A stretch of DNA of 63,846 nucleotides, the filler included, from Octopus bimaculoides (taxonomy: Eukaryota), in the NCBI RefSeq assembly GCF_001194135.2. It is 6 parts of 6 records of this genome, joined end to end, with 100 filler letters (N's around TTAATTAATTAA, not from the genome) between each part and the next. Parts side by side here need not be neighbours in the genome. Positions count along the whole stretch, not along the records: positions 25,749 to 53,665 come from NC_068994.1; 5 more parts are not named here. The stretch is one strand, 5' to 3'. The translations under genes and the position numbers were made by a program. Shown here one piece after another: positions 35,918 to 49,275 of this stretch. How positions within the stretch are numbered: position 1 is the first letter of the stretch; each line of letters opens with the position of its first letter. The notes under the pieces are model-generated. The model was not told the DNA's origin. It worked only from the letters and a program-made list of their open reading frames with translations, and made no database searches.

Positions 35918-35965
35918 GTCTCTGATGAAGGGATATCCCTAATATCCCAGAAACAGCTGTAATAC
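35918..35965 (+). ncRNA. Type-I hammerhead ribozyme in a Penelope-type pLTR
   Basis: GTCT-CTGATGA-A-GGGATAT-CCCTA-ATATCCC-A-GAA-ACAGCTGT-A-ATAC: intact core, 7-bp stem II, 8-nt palindromic stem III, GUA site; stem I has one mismatch. Confidence 0.75.
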
Positions 35966-36835
35966 TACCTTTCTCTTTATTAATGTCCTATAAATTCCAC
36001 ACAGCCTTGGCTTTGTTGTCTCATTTTATTTAACATATACATGCTTACACAAGACCCACATTAGACTCCTCACTCGTATTATTATCGAACTGAAAGTCTA
36101 ACTACAGCCCTCTCATAGCACTTACATAACCTTCCCTGCCATCTTGGGTCTTCTGGATACCAATACCTCTTATATATATATATAAATGTGTGTGTGTGTG
36201 TGTNNNNNNNNNNNNNNNNNNNNNNNNNNNNNNNNNNNNNNNNNNNNNNNNNNNNNNNNNNNNNNNNNNNNNNNNNNNNNNNNNNNNNNNNNNNNNNNNN
36301 NNNNNNNNNNNNNNNNNNNNNNNNNNNNNNNNNNNNNNNNNNNNNNNNNNNNNNNNNNNNNNNNNNNNNNNNNNNNNNNNNNNNNNNNNNNNNNNNNNNN
36401 NNNNNNNNNNNNNNNNNNNNNNNNNNNNNNNNNNNNNNNNNNNNNNNNNNNNNNNNNNNNNNNNNNNNNNNNNNNNNNNNNNNNNNNNNNNNNNNNNNNN
36501 NNNNNNNNNNNNNNNNNNNNNNNNNNNNNNNNNNNNNNNNNNNNNNNNNNNNNNNNNNNNNNNNNNNNNNNNNNNNNNNNNNNNNNNNNNNNNNNNNNNN
36601 NNNNNNNNNNNNNNNNNNNNNNNNNNNNNNNNNNNNNNNNNNNNNNNNNNNNNNNNNNNNNNNNNNNNNNNNNNNNNNNNNNNNNNNNNNNNNNNNNNNN
36701 NNNNNNNNNNNNNNNNNNNNNNNNNNNNNNNNNNNNNNNNNNNNNNNNNNNNNNTATATGTATACGCTGAAACAAAATTACATATTCCATATATTTATCT
36801 TTCCCAGACGAGACGCTTTTGTTTTAGTGAAGACG

Positions 36836-36877
36836 TGATGTACGTTTCGTTCATATCTCTGGCCTTCATCAGCAGAG
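36836..36877 (-). ncRNA. Degenerate hammerhead ribozyme
   Basis: CTCTG-CTGATGA-A-GGCCA-GAGATA-TGAAC-GAA-ACGT-A-CA: core intact, stems I and II eroded. Confidence 0.5.
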
Positions 36878-37318
36878 CTACAAACAGAACTGAAGATGTG
36901 TGTCGGTGCAAAGGGACGCAAAAAATCACCACGTTACTTTGACGTGGTGATTGACCTTACTTGTTTATATATATATATAAATGTGTGTGTGTGTGTGTGT
37001 GTGAAGTATATATAAGCATGTGTGAGTGCGGTGCACTGGTCTGTTATTGTTTGGATCAGCAAAAAGGAAGTATTCCATGCAGTTGGAGTTGAATATCATT
37101 TAATACTCTTGGAAGTAATTTAATGTAAATTCGAACTACCATAAGTTTCATGCCTCTGATAATACAATGGTCGGATGAGCTTGTATAGCGTGTCCTGTGT
37201 TATCAGGCAATCATGTAGGCTCACGCCTGAAATCGTGCATTCCTTTGTATATTAAATCACGCACGCACGCGCAGACGTATGTATGTATTCATGTACGTGA
37301 ATAAATATAGATATGGAT

Positions 37319-37377
<59 letters not shown>

Positions 37378-39397
37378 NNNNNNNNNNNNNNNNNNNNNNN
37401 NNNNNNNNNNNNNNNNNNNNNNNNNNNNNNNNNNNNNNNNNNNNNNNNNNNNNNNNNNNNNNNNNNNNNNNNNNNNNNNNNNNNNNNNNNNNNNNNNNNN
37501 NNNNNNNNNNNNNNNNNNNNNNNNNNNNNNNNNNNNNNNNNNNNNNNNNNNNNNNNNNNNNNNNNNNNNNNNNNNNNNNNNNNNNNNNNNNNNNNNNNNN
37601 NNNNNNNNNNNNNNNNNNNNNNNNNNNNNNNNNNNNNNNNNNNNNNNNNNNNNNNNNNNNNNNNNNNNNNNNNNNNNNNNNNNNNNNNNNNNNNNNNNNN
37701 NNNNNNNNNNNNNNNNNNNNNNNNNNNNNNNNNNNNNNNNNNNNNNNNNNNNNNNNNNNNNNNNNNNNNNNNNNNNNNNNNNNNNNNNNNNNNNNNNNNN
37801 NNNNNNNNNNNNNNNNNNNNNNNNNNNNNNNNNNNNNNNNNNNNNNNNNNNNNNNNNNNNNNNNNNNNNNNNNNNNNNNNNNNNNNNNNNNNNNNNNNNN
37901 NNNNNNNNNNNNNNNNNNNNNNNNNNNNNNNNNNNNNNNNNNNNNNNNGTATTCAGCTGGTGCTTAATTTATCGACCCCCGAGAGGACGAAATATAAAAT
38001 CGACTTCGACAGCATTCGAACTCCGAACGTAAAGACGGACGAAATGCCTTAAGCATTTATGTCCGGCGTGCTAACGATTCTTATTTCTTCATTGCCCACA
38101 AGGGGCTAACATAGAGGGGACAAACAAGGACAGACAAAGGGATTAAGTGCGTAACTGGTATTTAATTTATCGACCCCGAAAGGATGAAAGGCAAAGTCGA
38201 CCTCGGCGGAATTTGAACTCAGAACGTAACGGCAGACGAAATACCGCTAAGTATTTCGCCCAGCGTGCTAACGATTCTGCCAGCTTGCCGGATTTCTTTC
38301 TGTGCTCTAATATTAACCGTTGTTGACTTGTAGTATTGTCACGTTTTGTTATACATTTCATTTTGATTTTGTAATTGTTGATTTATCAACGAAAGAAAAG
38401 AAACGAGCAAGAAAAAGAAAAACCATATAACATGTGCAAACGTCAGAAACGAACATAAATCCGAATATGATAGACTACAAAAGAGAAAAAGAAAACTAAT
38501 AAAAAAAAAAACGGTGACGAGAGTTTTCAGATGGATAATCTTCCCGGGTTATTGATTTCGTCCTTCATATGTATGTGTTTTTATTAACACTACATTTCTA
38601 TTGGTGCTGGCCTTCCCTCGTATTATCATTAGGCGTATTGGTGTATCATTACTGATCATGTACATAGAAACATAGCACAATATTTTCATCATAATACAGT
38701 CTAATGAGGTTAGTGAGTCCGCAAAATTTTCGTACGATGAATATCAATGGCGCTTCTCTGAGCGTTCGAAAATTTAACAACGCGAGCTTTTATTACAAAA
38801 TTAATGGTTTCCGATGTACGCACAAGGACAGCAATTTAAAGGTAGCAGAGCAGCGGGGCAGCCACCTTGAACTTGTCTTAGCTGTCATCATTGCTATTCC
38901 TGTGTCTCTTGTGGCTTTCTTTAGCTGTTTGGGCTCCAAACCAATCTTCTGCAAGAAATAGCGCAGTGATCTGTTGTATTATTTCATGGTTGTGTAATTG
39001 AAAAGGTCTGATTGCAGCCATGTAGCTTTGAGTTCAGTCTCATTGTACGGTACTTTGAAAACAGGTATTCTACATAAGAAAGATGTGATTAACTGCATCT
39101 ACTCCGCGTTTCGAAGGTGGGTGATAACCTCATAATGTGCATTTCGAAGCTCCTATGCGGATATCGGCTACCATGTGTCATCATTCAGCAGGTTATACAG
39201 TGTATACAGAATTTATATAAAAACTTATAGCTTTATTGGCTTCGAGATTAACTGTTTCCAAAAACAACAGTGAAAGATCGTGGACGGAAATTAAGAAACA
39301 TATATTACACTAATATGGCCTTACTTTATTTAACACCGAAAGCGAGATTTGAAAGAGGTTAAGCTTCTATGTCTAGGCAGCCGATAGACCAGGCAGA

Positions 39398-39452
<55 letters not shown>

Positions 39453-39731
39453 TCCCTCTCTCTCTCTCTCTTCTTCCCTCCCTCTCTTCATCTCTCGTTC
39501 TCTTCTTCCCTCCCNNNNNNNNNNNNNNNNNNNNNNNNNNNNNNNNNNNNNNNNNNNNNNNNNNNNNNNNNNNNNNNNNNNNNNNNNNNNNNNNNNNNNN
39601 NNNNNNNNNNNNNNNNNNNNNNNNNNNNNNNNNNNNNNNNNNNNNNNNNNNNNNNNNNNNNNNNNNNNNNNNNNNNNNNNNNNNNNNNNNNNNNNNNNNN
39701 NNNNNNNNNNNNNNNNNNNNNNNNNNNNNNN

Positions 39732-39762
<31 letters not shown>

Positions 39763-39789
39763 TAGGAAGGTAAGGCGATTACAGGCTAA

Positions 39790-40500
39790 GATATGTGATC
39801 AAGGAGAACGGAAGAAGTAGTAGTAGTAGTAGTAGTAGTGAAAGAACAGCAATAGCAACGAGGAGGAGAAGGAGAAGAAATGATGGCCCGAGAGGTGGTG
39901 GTGGTGGTGTTGGTGGTTGTGGTGATGATGATGATGACGGTGTTAGTGGTGGTGGTGGCGATGATGGTGGTAGTGGTGGTGATTGATGATGGTCATAATC
40001 ATGATATTGTTGATGATCCAGCAAGAGAAAAGGGCGCGCGAAAATAAACATAAAAAAGACAAGAAAAAATAGTAAATGAATGAAAACAATTCAGGAGTGA
40101 AACTTTTGTTTTTGTTCTACATTTCTTTGTCATCTCCTTCTTCTTCTCCTTCTTCTTCTTCTTCTTCTTCTTCTTCTTCTTCTTCTTCTTCTTCTTCTTC
40201 TTCATTTTCTTTTTTTCTTCTTCTTCTTCCACGTCTTCTTCTTCTTCCTTCATCTTCTGCACCCCGTCCTTTGCACCCACGGTACCTCCTTTTCCCTCTC
40301 TTTCTCCACCATTCTCTTATCATCTCCTCTTTATCTCCCTCACTTCTCCTCTCTCATTCCCCTTTCTCTCTCACTCCCCTTTCTCTCTCACTCTTACTCG
40401 CCTTCCTCCTGTTCTTTGTTGCTAATAAATTAATCTGTATTCTTTATCGATCTCTGATACAGAATTTGAATTGATAAGTATCGAAAGCTAAAACAAGAAC

Positions 40501-40572
<72 letters not shown>

Positions 40573-40797
40573 TGAAGAAGAAGAAGAAAAAGAAGGATGA
40601 TGATGATGATGACGACGACGACGAGAAGAAGAAGGAGGAGGAGGAAGATGGTGGTGATGGTGATGACGATGATGATGATAAACCGCCGTCCATAAAACCT
40701 AATCAATGTTATACGCTAGACTTGGCGATGGTACGATGTTATTTTACTTGTCCTCGTCTCAAAGTTGTTCACCAAATACATTGTTGCGTCTTCAGTG

Positions 40798-40837
<40 letters not shown>

Positions 40838-40846
40838 GAATATCGG
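39790..40846. repeat. Trinucleotide microsatellite cluster (GTA, GGT, GAT, TTC, TAA, GAA, TAC)
   Basis: Directly visible; source of the poly-S/E/K/I/D pseudo-ORFs. Confidence 0.96.
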
Positions 40847-41640
40847 NNNNNNNNNNNNNNNNNNNNNNNNNNNNNNNNNNNNNNNNNNNGGGTGGGTGGG
40901 CTCAACCGATTTGTTATTGTATATAGCTTACAGCCGAAAGATTTTGCAAATACTAATGGTTCTTGCTCAACTACATGCTTCCTTTCTTTATGGCGTTTGG
41001 TTCTTTGCCTGCATTGTATTTATTTCTTTCTTTCGTTCTTTTTCATTTTTTTTGTTTTACACTTTGTTTATTATTCTTTTATCTGTTTCATTTATTCGAC
41101 TGCGGCCATGCTGGAGCACCGCCTTTAGTCCTACAAATCGACCTCCAGGACTTATTCTTTGTAAGCCTGTCGATCACTTATTTTTTACCTGGACGTAAAC
41201 ACACTAACGTCGGTTGTCAAGCAATGGTGGGAGAACAAACACTGACACACAAACATACACACACACACACACACACATATTTCCCACCATTTTAAGTCCG
41301 AGGAAAGATCAAATGTATGCAATGTCCTTCCTTCTGGGCCGGGTGATTCGAGTTTGAGGAAGGTTTTAGCTCTATGTGTGTACTGCAAGTGTCAAGTACA
41401 CTTGAACTTGTGGGGCTCGTACATCTATACTGAAGAATAATTTCGAAATAATACTTTCCATAACCTCGGGCCTACGAATGTTTTGTGAGTGAATTTGGTA
41501 GACTGAAATTGTGTGGAAGCCCATCTGTTATATATACATATATATATATGGGAGAATTTACGAAAAAAAAACAACAGACGAAGACAGGTGGTGTAAACAA
41601 CAAATGGATGTATTAGTTTAACGCTCGGGATTAGAGAAAG

Positions 41641-41678
41641 TCTTTGACGTTTCGAGCCTACGCTCTTCAACTGAAAGG
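41641..41678 (-). ncRNA. Family D hammerhead-like motif
   Basis: CTTT-CAGTTGA-A-GAGC-GTAG-GCTC-GAA-ACGT-C-AAAG; duplicated across the 10-N gap at 41711. Confidence 0.5.
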
Positions 41679-41836
41679 AACACAGAAAGAAATAAGGAAA
41701 GAAACAAGGANNNNNNNNNNCTTTGACGTTTCGAGCCTACGCTCTTCAACTGAAAGGAACACAGAAAGAAATAAGGAAAGAAACAAGGAGAAAAAAATAT
41801 ATATATATACATATATATATATACATACATACATAC

Positions 41837-41877
<41 letters not shown>

Positions 41878-41999
41878 TATATATGGTTGTCATCGTATCT
41901 ATGTTTGTCTTCATCTACCTCATGACAGCCGGTGTTGGTCTGTTTACGTCCCTGTGACTTAGCGGTTTGGCGAAAGATACCGATAAATAAGTACCAGAC

Positions 42000-42040
<41 letters not shown>

Positions 42041-42897
42041 CTGTTTCCACTGCTGTTGGTCATTTATTAACTACTACCGCCACTCTTACTACCGCTACTA
42101 CTACTGTCCTATCTACTGATACTACCACTTGGCAGCTGGGCAGACTTCTCAAGAAAGGCGTCTAATATTTCTTGTGTCTGTAATCTCTGATGGCAATAAT
42201 AGTGAAGGCCAATTTGTGAAGACTGCGAAGACGCTGACAGTGACAGATCTGGCATTGAAATGTCTCCTGATGAATTTCGCTGTTGGTTTTACCGACGTCG
42301 CAATTTACTTCACCTTGACTCGCTGCCATTTTCATATAATTCGTTCACTTCACAAAATAAGATTATGAATTGTACAATACATTTCGATAAGCTTCATCTC
42401 CCACCGTCATCAGGTGTGTCATTAATAGATGTCGAAACACCTATGATGATTTGTTCTTAAGTTTTTAATTAAGTTTAACGTTAGAGAATGCATTTATTTA
42501 TGATATTTATGTCTCCACAAGGCGGCGAGCTGCCAGAATCGTTAACACGCCGGACAAAATACTTATCGGGATTTCGTCCGTTTTTACGTTCTGAGTTCAA
42601 ATTCCCCCGATGTCGACTTTGCCTTTCGTCTTTTCGGGGTCGATAAAATAAGTACCAGTTGAGTACTGGGGTTGATGTAATCGACTTACCCCTCCCCTTG
42701 AAATTGCTGGCCTTGTGCCAAAATCTGAAACCGATATTATTAAATAAAAGAGCCAGGCAAAATGCTTAGTGGCATTTTGTCCATCATTACACTCTGCGTT
42801 CAAATTCCATAACAAACCGTCCTCGATTCTTAGTTATAAGTCTGCTACACGGGGAAGTAAACAAACCATTACCGGTTGTCAAGTTATCAAAGAACAA

Positions 42898-42931
<34 letters not shown>

Positions 42932-44602
42932 ATGTATGTGTGCTACGGGATTCCACTCACTTTCTGTCTACCAAATCCACTCACAAAAGCGTTGGTCGGC
43001 CCGGGTCTACAGGAGAAAACACTTGCTCAAGGTGCCGCGCAGTGGGACTAAATCCGGAACCACGTGACTGCAAAGCGAGCTCTTCAGTTTTCTTCCCCAG
43101 CTATCTTTTGTTCTCCCATCATGTCTGCCTGTTTTTGTTCTGTATTATCATTTTCTTTCTTGTCCTTTTCCTTTATATTTTTTCACCAACACTTTCGTTT
43201 TTTCTTCTCTTCTTTCCTATCTCTTTTCTGTATTCGTCCCCGTTATCTTCATCTTCGTCTCCCTCTTCGTTTTCTCCTTGCCTTCATCTTCTTCATTTAC
43301 TTCTCTTTCGTCTTCTTTGTCGTCGCTCTGTCTTCTTTTCTTCATTTTCGTTGTCGTTCTCTTCGTCGTCGTATCCTTCGTCTTCTTCTTCTTCTTCTTC
43401 TTCTTTATCGTCCTTGTCGTCTCTTCCTCTTCTTCTTTCCCATCTTCTCCTCCTCTCTCTGTCTTCTTTCTATAGTGTTCTCTTTGTCCTTCCGTCGTCT
43501 GCATGTCATCCATATTGTATTTTCGTTCATATTTTTTTATGTTTTTTTTTTCACCAACACAACATACTTGTAATCAGTGGCGTAGCAAGCAAAGTTTTCT
43601 TAGCACCCGAAGGCAAATACACATTTATTCGGCAGTTCTACCTTAATTAACAGTCATGAATAAGGCCAGAGGAAATCTTGTCCTTTTCACACTTGTGCCC
43701 GAGGGCGACTGCCCCGCTCACCTCTCTCGACACTTCCGCTTATAGAATTTCGTTTATCGTATGCAAACTCGCCCGTTCCTATCTCTTTCTCTCTCTCTGT
43801 GTCTTTCTCTTCCATTCGTTTCATTTATATTTTTCTGCATTACAGTTTTTCAGAATGTACAGCTTTGTGTGTTATTAAATTATTTGCTAAGGCGGCGAAC
43901 TAACGGAATCGTTACCGCACCGGACAAAATGCTTAGCGGTATTTCTTTTAACTTTATATTCAGAGTTCAAATATCGTTTAGGTCGACATTGCTTTTCATC
44001 ATTTCGAGATCGATAAAAATAAATACCAGTTAAGAACCAGGGTCGGTGTAATCAACTTAACTCGTCCCTAAAAGTTACTGACCTTGTGCCAAAATTTAAA
44101 CCCCATTATTAAATTGCTTGAAGGAGGTGAAATGGCACAACCGTTAGCATGCCGGACAAAATGCTAAGCGGTGCTTCCTCCGTCTTCATGTTCTGAATTC
44201 AGATTCCATAGAAGTCGACTTTGCCTTTCATCCTTTCGAGATCGATAAAATAAGTACCAGTTACGCATTGGGGGTCGATGTAATCGACTTAATCCCTTTG
44301 TCTGTCCTTGTTTGTCCCCTCTATGTTTAGCCCCTTGTGGGCAATAAAGAAAGAAATATTGGATTGGTGCATAATTATTGCGGCTTTTTTTCAACATTTT
44401 TTTTTTTCAACAAAAACAATAACAACATGTAACAAAAACATCTTTAAATGATTATTCCGGAGAATATTCACCATTTACTTCAATGAATGCTTCCCATTAG
44501 CTTGGCNNNNNNNNNNGAATATAAATAATTGATAATAACAGCAATAATATAGATGGTTACACGTATCAAGTAGCGTTAAATAGCTATAGAATTAAAATAA
44601 GC

Positions 44603-44634
<32 letters not shown>

Positions 44635-46739
44635 GCTTATTTATCTAGCGATCGTTAGTTCAATGTCCTAACCATAAAACTCAAAGATATTTCACGAAAT
44701 AATCTCTTTTTAAAATACTTAACTAGAATAATCTGAACTACATTTTTATCTTCTTTCCCTCTTTCTTCCTGCATACATCTGCTTGTGCCAGTGATGTTCT
44801 TTGTCCGAGTTTCGTTCAACTTTGTATGCCTCGTATGATCTGAAGGTTCACGTCCACCATTAATGGCCTGAACTTTTTAAATTCGTCAAACAGTATCTAA
44901 TGCTTTTTCGGTCATTTCCCCTTCATTTGTTCTTCGATTTCATTGTCCGTTTCTTTGAATGAAGTCTATTTAATGCAAATTTAGAAGCTCGTGATTATTT
45001 AAGTCGTTCGATACTTTAAATTCAAATTGCGGTTTTTTTCTTTCTACGGATAAAAAGGCGTTTGAAGACAATACTTTCTCTAGAACAGGCCTGTTTCGTC
45101 AACATTGAACATTTGTTTATCGCTTGTAACCCACCCCAATATTTTGAATGTTCTTTTTTTTTTGTGTGCAAAAACAGATCAATATTTTGTTCTGCTACAT
45201 TTTATTTTTACACTTGCCAGTTCGTCTGTTATGTGAACAATGTGAATTCATGTTCGAGTTTTGAATCTGTCAGATCAAACAGAACTATCAGTAAAAATTT
45301 CTTCAGTCCGTCCTGAAATCTAAGTTTTTTTTTTTTTATTAAGTTTTCTTTAATTGCATAGAAAATTCTTAAAACTTTCGTTGAAATAGTGATGCTGTGG
45401 TCGTGATCATGAATTCTCGGCTCCTACGAAATGGTAGGGGCGCTTTAGGTATTTATCGTGGAGCTTTAGGTATTTTCGCTCAATAAACACTCACAGCGCC
45501 CACTCTGGAAATCGAAACCACAATCTTACGATCGCGAGTCCGCTGCCCTAACCACTGGGCCATTGCGCCTTTATATAATAACATCGTGAACGAAAACATA
45601 TATTTTAAAATAATATCGATGTTTAGAAGAACATAATGTTTAGCGGAATTCGGTTTTGACTGCAATTTTCTCCAGCCACAAACACAATAGATTCACCATT
45701 TCAATTATAATAATAATACTTACATTCCTTGTTGCCGGTCGACCTGATGTTGATGTAGTTTTAGTTTTCTTTCTTTCGTTTAGAAATCATCTATTTTATT
45801 ATACTTGTTTGCATCGTTGCTCCATTCATTCTCAAGTCACGTCCTGTTTTAGCATTGCTCTTACAACGTTCATTCTTTTTTTTATAACTTCTAATTTATC
45901 ATCTAGAGAATCACAGGATTTACAATAACACGACACAGATCAAAATATAAATAAGGACTTAATTCCTCCATTTTTGAAAACGTTTGAAAACACGGCATTA
46001 CAATTTTCCAGCAGACGTTTGAACATTTTACCGTCCTAATCAAGATTAGAATCCATACTTTTTGAAGCTTCGTTTTTATTTTATTTATTTATTTATTTTT
46101 AATCACGTTTCCAGTATCCCTTAATAAACTTGTTATCCAATAGCCCGTGTCAGTCGAGGTTTAGTGTATAAATCATAGCTGCCACCACTCGCAAGAAAAA
46201 TTGGCTCAGTGGAATGTACCTTATTTTACCAAATTGCTTTAAGTATCCAACGATACGGACATGATTTCCGCTCTCCTACGATTAGGCCAGAGAAACTTCC
46301 AGGATGTGAGAGCTGGCGGAAGAGAGAATTACTCGGGCACACGACTGATACTGAGTTTAGCAGAGCGAAACATTGTAATCTGAGAAGCCCTACTTGTGAC
46401 TTCGAAGCGTCGTGCGGTCCAACATTCAGACACACGATCTTATGAACTCGAGACCAACAACCTAACCCCAAACAAAGTGATTTTACATTTTTGCTGTGTA
46501 TCTATATATATATATATATATGTGAACCAAAGATACTCTATTTATCTCAAATGACACCTAATTATCTTTGAAGAAAGATGGCTACTGTATAAGACAGGCC
46601 TGGGTACGTTATGCCAAAAGCAAAAAGTCAAATGTGACAGTTGAGTCTGTTTTATATTGATATCGATATTTGAACAGAATTGATTTCTTACTTAGGCAGG
46701 TAGCCAATATGGCTGGAATAAACAACGGTAAGGTTATAT

Positions 46740-46814
<75 letters not shown>

Positions 46815-47337
46815 NNNNNNNNNNNNNNNNNNNNNNNNNNNNNNNNNNNNNNNNNNNNNNNNNNNNNNNNNNNNNNNNNNNNNNNNNNNNNNNNNNNNNN
46901 NNNNNNNNNNNNNNNNNNNNNNNNNNNNNNNNNNNNNNNNNNNNNNNNNNNNNNNNNNNNNNNNNNNNNNNNNNNNNNNNNNNNNNNNNNNNNNNNNNNN
47001 NNNNNNNNNNNNNNNNNNNNNNNNNNNNNNNNNNNNNNNNNNNNNNNNNNNNNNNNNNNNNNNNNNNNNNNNNNNNNNNNNNNNNNNNNNNNNNNNNNNN
47101 NNNNNNNNNNNNNNNNNNNNNNNNNNNNNNNNNNNNNNNNNNNNNNNNNNNNNNNNNNNNNNNNNNNNNNNNNNNNNNNNNNNNNNNNNNNNNNNNNNNN
47201 NNNNNNNNNNNNNNNNNNNNNNNNNNNNNNNNNNNNNNNNNNNNNNNNNATATGTGTATATATATACATATGTATACATATATACATATATATATGTATG
47301 TATATATATATACATGTGTGTATACATATATTATCTA

Positions 47338-47369
<32 letters not shown>

Positions 47370-48089
47370 ATGTATGTATGCATGCATGTATATACATGTA
47401 TGTATAAATACACATGTATGTATATATTATATAATATATATATGTGTGTATGTATCTATATATGTATGTGTGTAAGCATGTATGTATTCATCCACATGTT
47501 TTTGTGTGCATGTGTGAGAGTGTACTTGTGTGTGTGTGTGGGGGGGGGGATTATTACTATTTCATGTTATTATTTACGCTGGTCACACGATGTATCACCA
47601 TGACGACAGAGCATAGAGACACTTGCAGGAGGCTGTTTACGATAAACCTCGTTGTAATTGCGTCAGTACGTCAGCAAGTGTTTTTGTCTCAAAGCTTACA
47701 CAATACCACAAGATACATCTATAGATTTTTAGCCAGAATGTATGCAAATACAAATACTGTCCTGGTTGATCCCTCTTTTCCTGTCAACGAAGACATTGCA
47801 TATCTCCGTGAACAAGAGAAACCGGAACACGCAACATGAGTTTCGATCCTGTGTTGGGATTTCGTCAACGACGACGTTTTCCGATTTAACTGTGCGCAAA
47901 GACACTGCTTATTAAAGCCAAGAAATCGGATATAGATCGATTTTAACCCTTAACATCTTGTTTGAAAATAGGCGCAGGTATGGCCGTGTGGTGAGAAGCT
48001 TGCTTCCCCAAACACATGGCTTCAGGTTCAGTCCCACTACGTAGCACCTTGAGCAATTGTCTTCTGCTATAACCTCGAGCAAATAGAGA

Positions 48090-48234
48090 AAGAGCCGGTT
48101 TCTCACCTAGATCCAAGGCTCCTTCATTGGAATTTCAACATCAACATGGGAATTTTTGTTTGTTTGTATGTATTTATGTATATGTGCAGATTTGTATATT
48201 TTGTTTTATGTATGTCTTCTCATGCATATAATTG
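48090..48234 (-). mobile_element. 3' UTR fragment of the (CATA)n-associated R4-like family
   Basis: Reverse complement aligns to about 60820-60955; its 5' junction abuts (CATA)n at 48235-48270. Confidence 0.8.
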
Positions 48235-48865
48235 TATGTATGTATGTATGTATGTATGTATGTATGTATGCATACATGCATGTATGTGTGGGTGTTTGTG
48301 TTTGTCCCCCACCACTGCTTGTCAACCGGTGTTTTGAATACAGGAAATCCACAACGGATTGCGGCATATCAGAGTGAAATGCCAATTGTCTAGACAGAAT
48401 GACGCGAAATAGAAATTAACTAATCTCTTATCATAGCACAAAATACATCGATGAAGGAAGTTCAACGTCGTTAGATAATCCAAAATTCCACTAGTTTCCA
48501 AAAGTATCCAGAGATGAATGGAAGCTTAAGCGTGGCGTAAAAACTATAAAAACGGACGAATGGATTATCTGGTATTACCACAATTGTTTCGTGACGAGTC
48601 TTTATTTTGACGTAAATATACTATAATCAGGTATGCAGTATGCGAAACATCCATAAGATTGCGCAATATGTTACACGACTCTCAACTCACCGAGCAACCA
48701 AATAATATTGTCGCAATATTATTTAGAATAAAGCAAATGAATTAAAATTACGTTCAGTAGATGGCTAATACACTGCTATAAATATTCAAAACTATAAGGA
48801 GTGATACGAAAAAGAGTTTAGGGGATTATACAGGTCACACATTCTAATTAATGTTAAATGAATTA

Positions 48866-49275
48866 GGCGTAGGAGTAGCTGTGTGGTAAGTAGCTTGCTT
48901 CCGAACCACATGGTTCCGGGTTCAGTCCCACTGCGTGACACCTTGGGCAAGTGTCTTCTACCATAGCCTCGGGCCAACCAAAGCCTTGTGAGTGGATTTG
49001 GTAGACGGAAACTGAAAGAAGCCCGTCGTATATATTTATATATATGTGTGTGTGTCTATGTGTCTGTGTTTGTCCCCACCAACATCGCTTGACAACCGAT
49101 GCTGGTGTGTTTACGTCCCCGTAACTTCGCCGTTCAGCAAAAGAAAACCGATAGAATAAGTACTATGCTTACAAAGAATAAGTCCTGGGGTCGATTAGCT
49201 CGACTAAAAGGCGGTGCTCCAGCATGGCCACAGTCAAATGACTGAAACAAGTAAAAGAGTAAAAAGAAAAAAGAG
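48866..49275 (+). mobile_element. SINE family B, full length
   Basis: Complete head-to-tail copy with an (aaaagagt)-type tail; very similar to 56980-57345. Confidence 0.9.

Noticed and set aside
41642-41790. Tandem dimer of the family D hammerhead
   Set aside because: Exact 69-bp duplication on either side of a 10-N gap is a typical unmerged contig overlap; long reads are needed before calling it a natural dimer.
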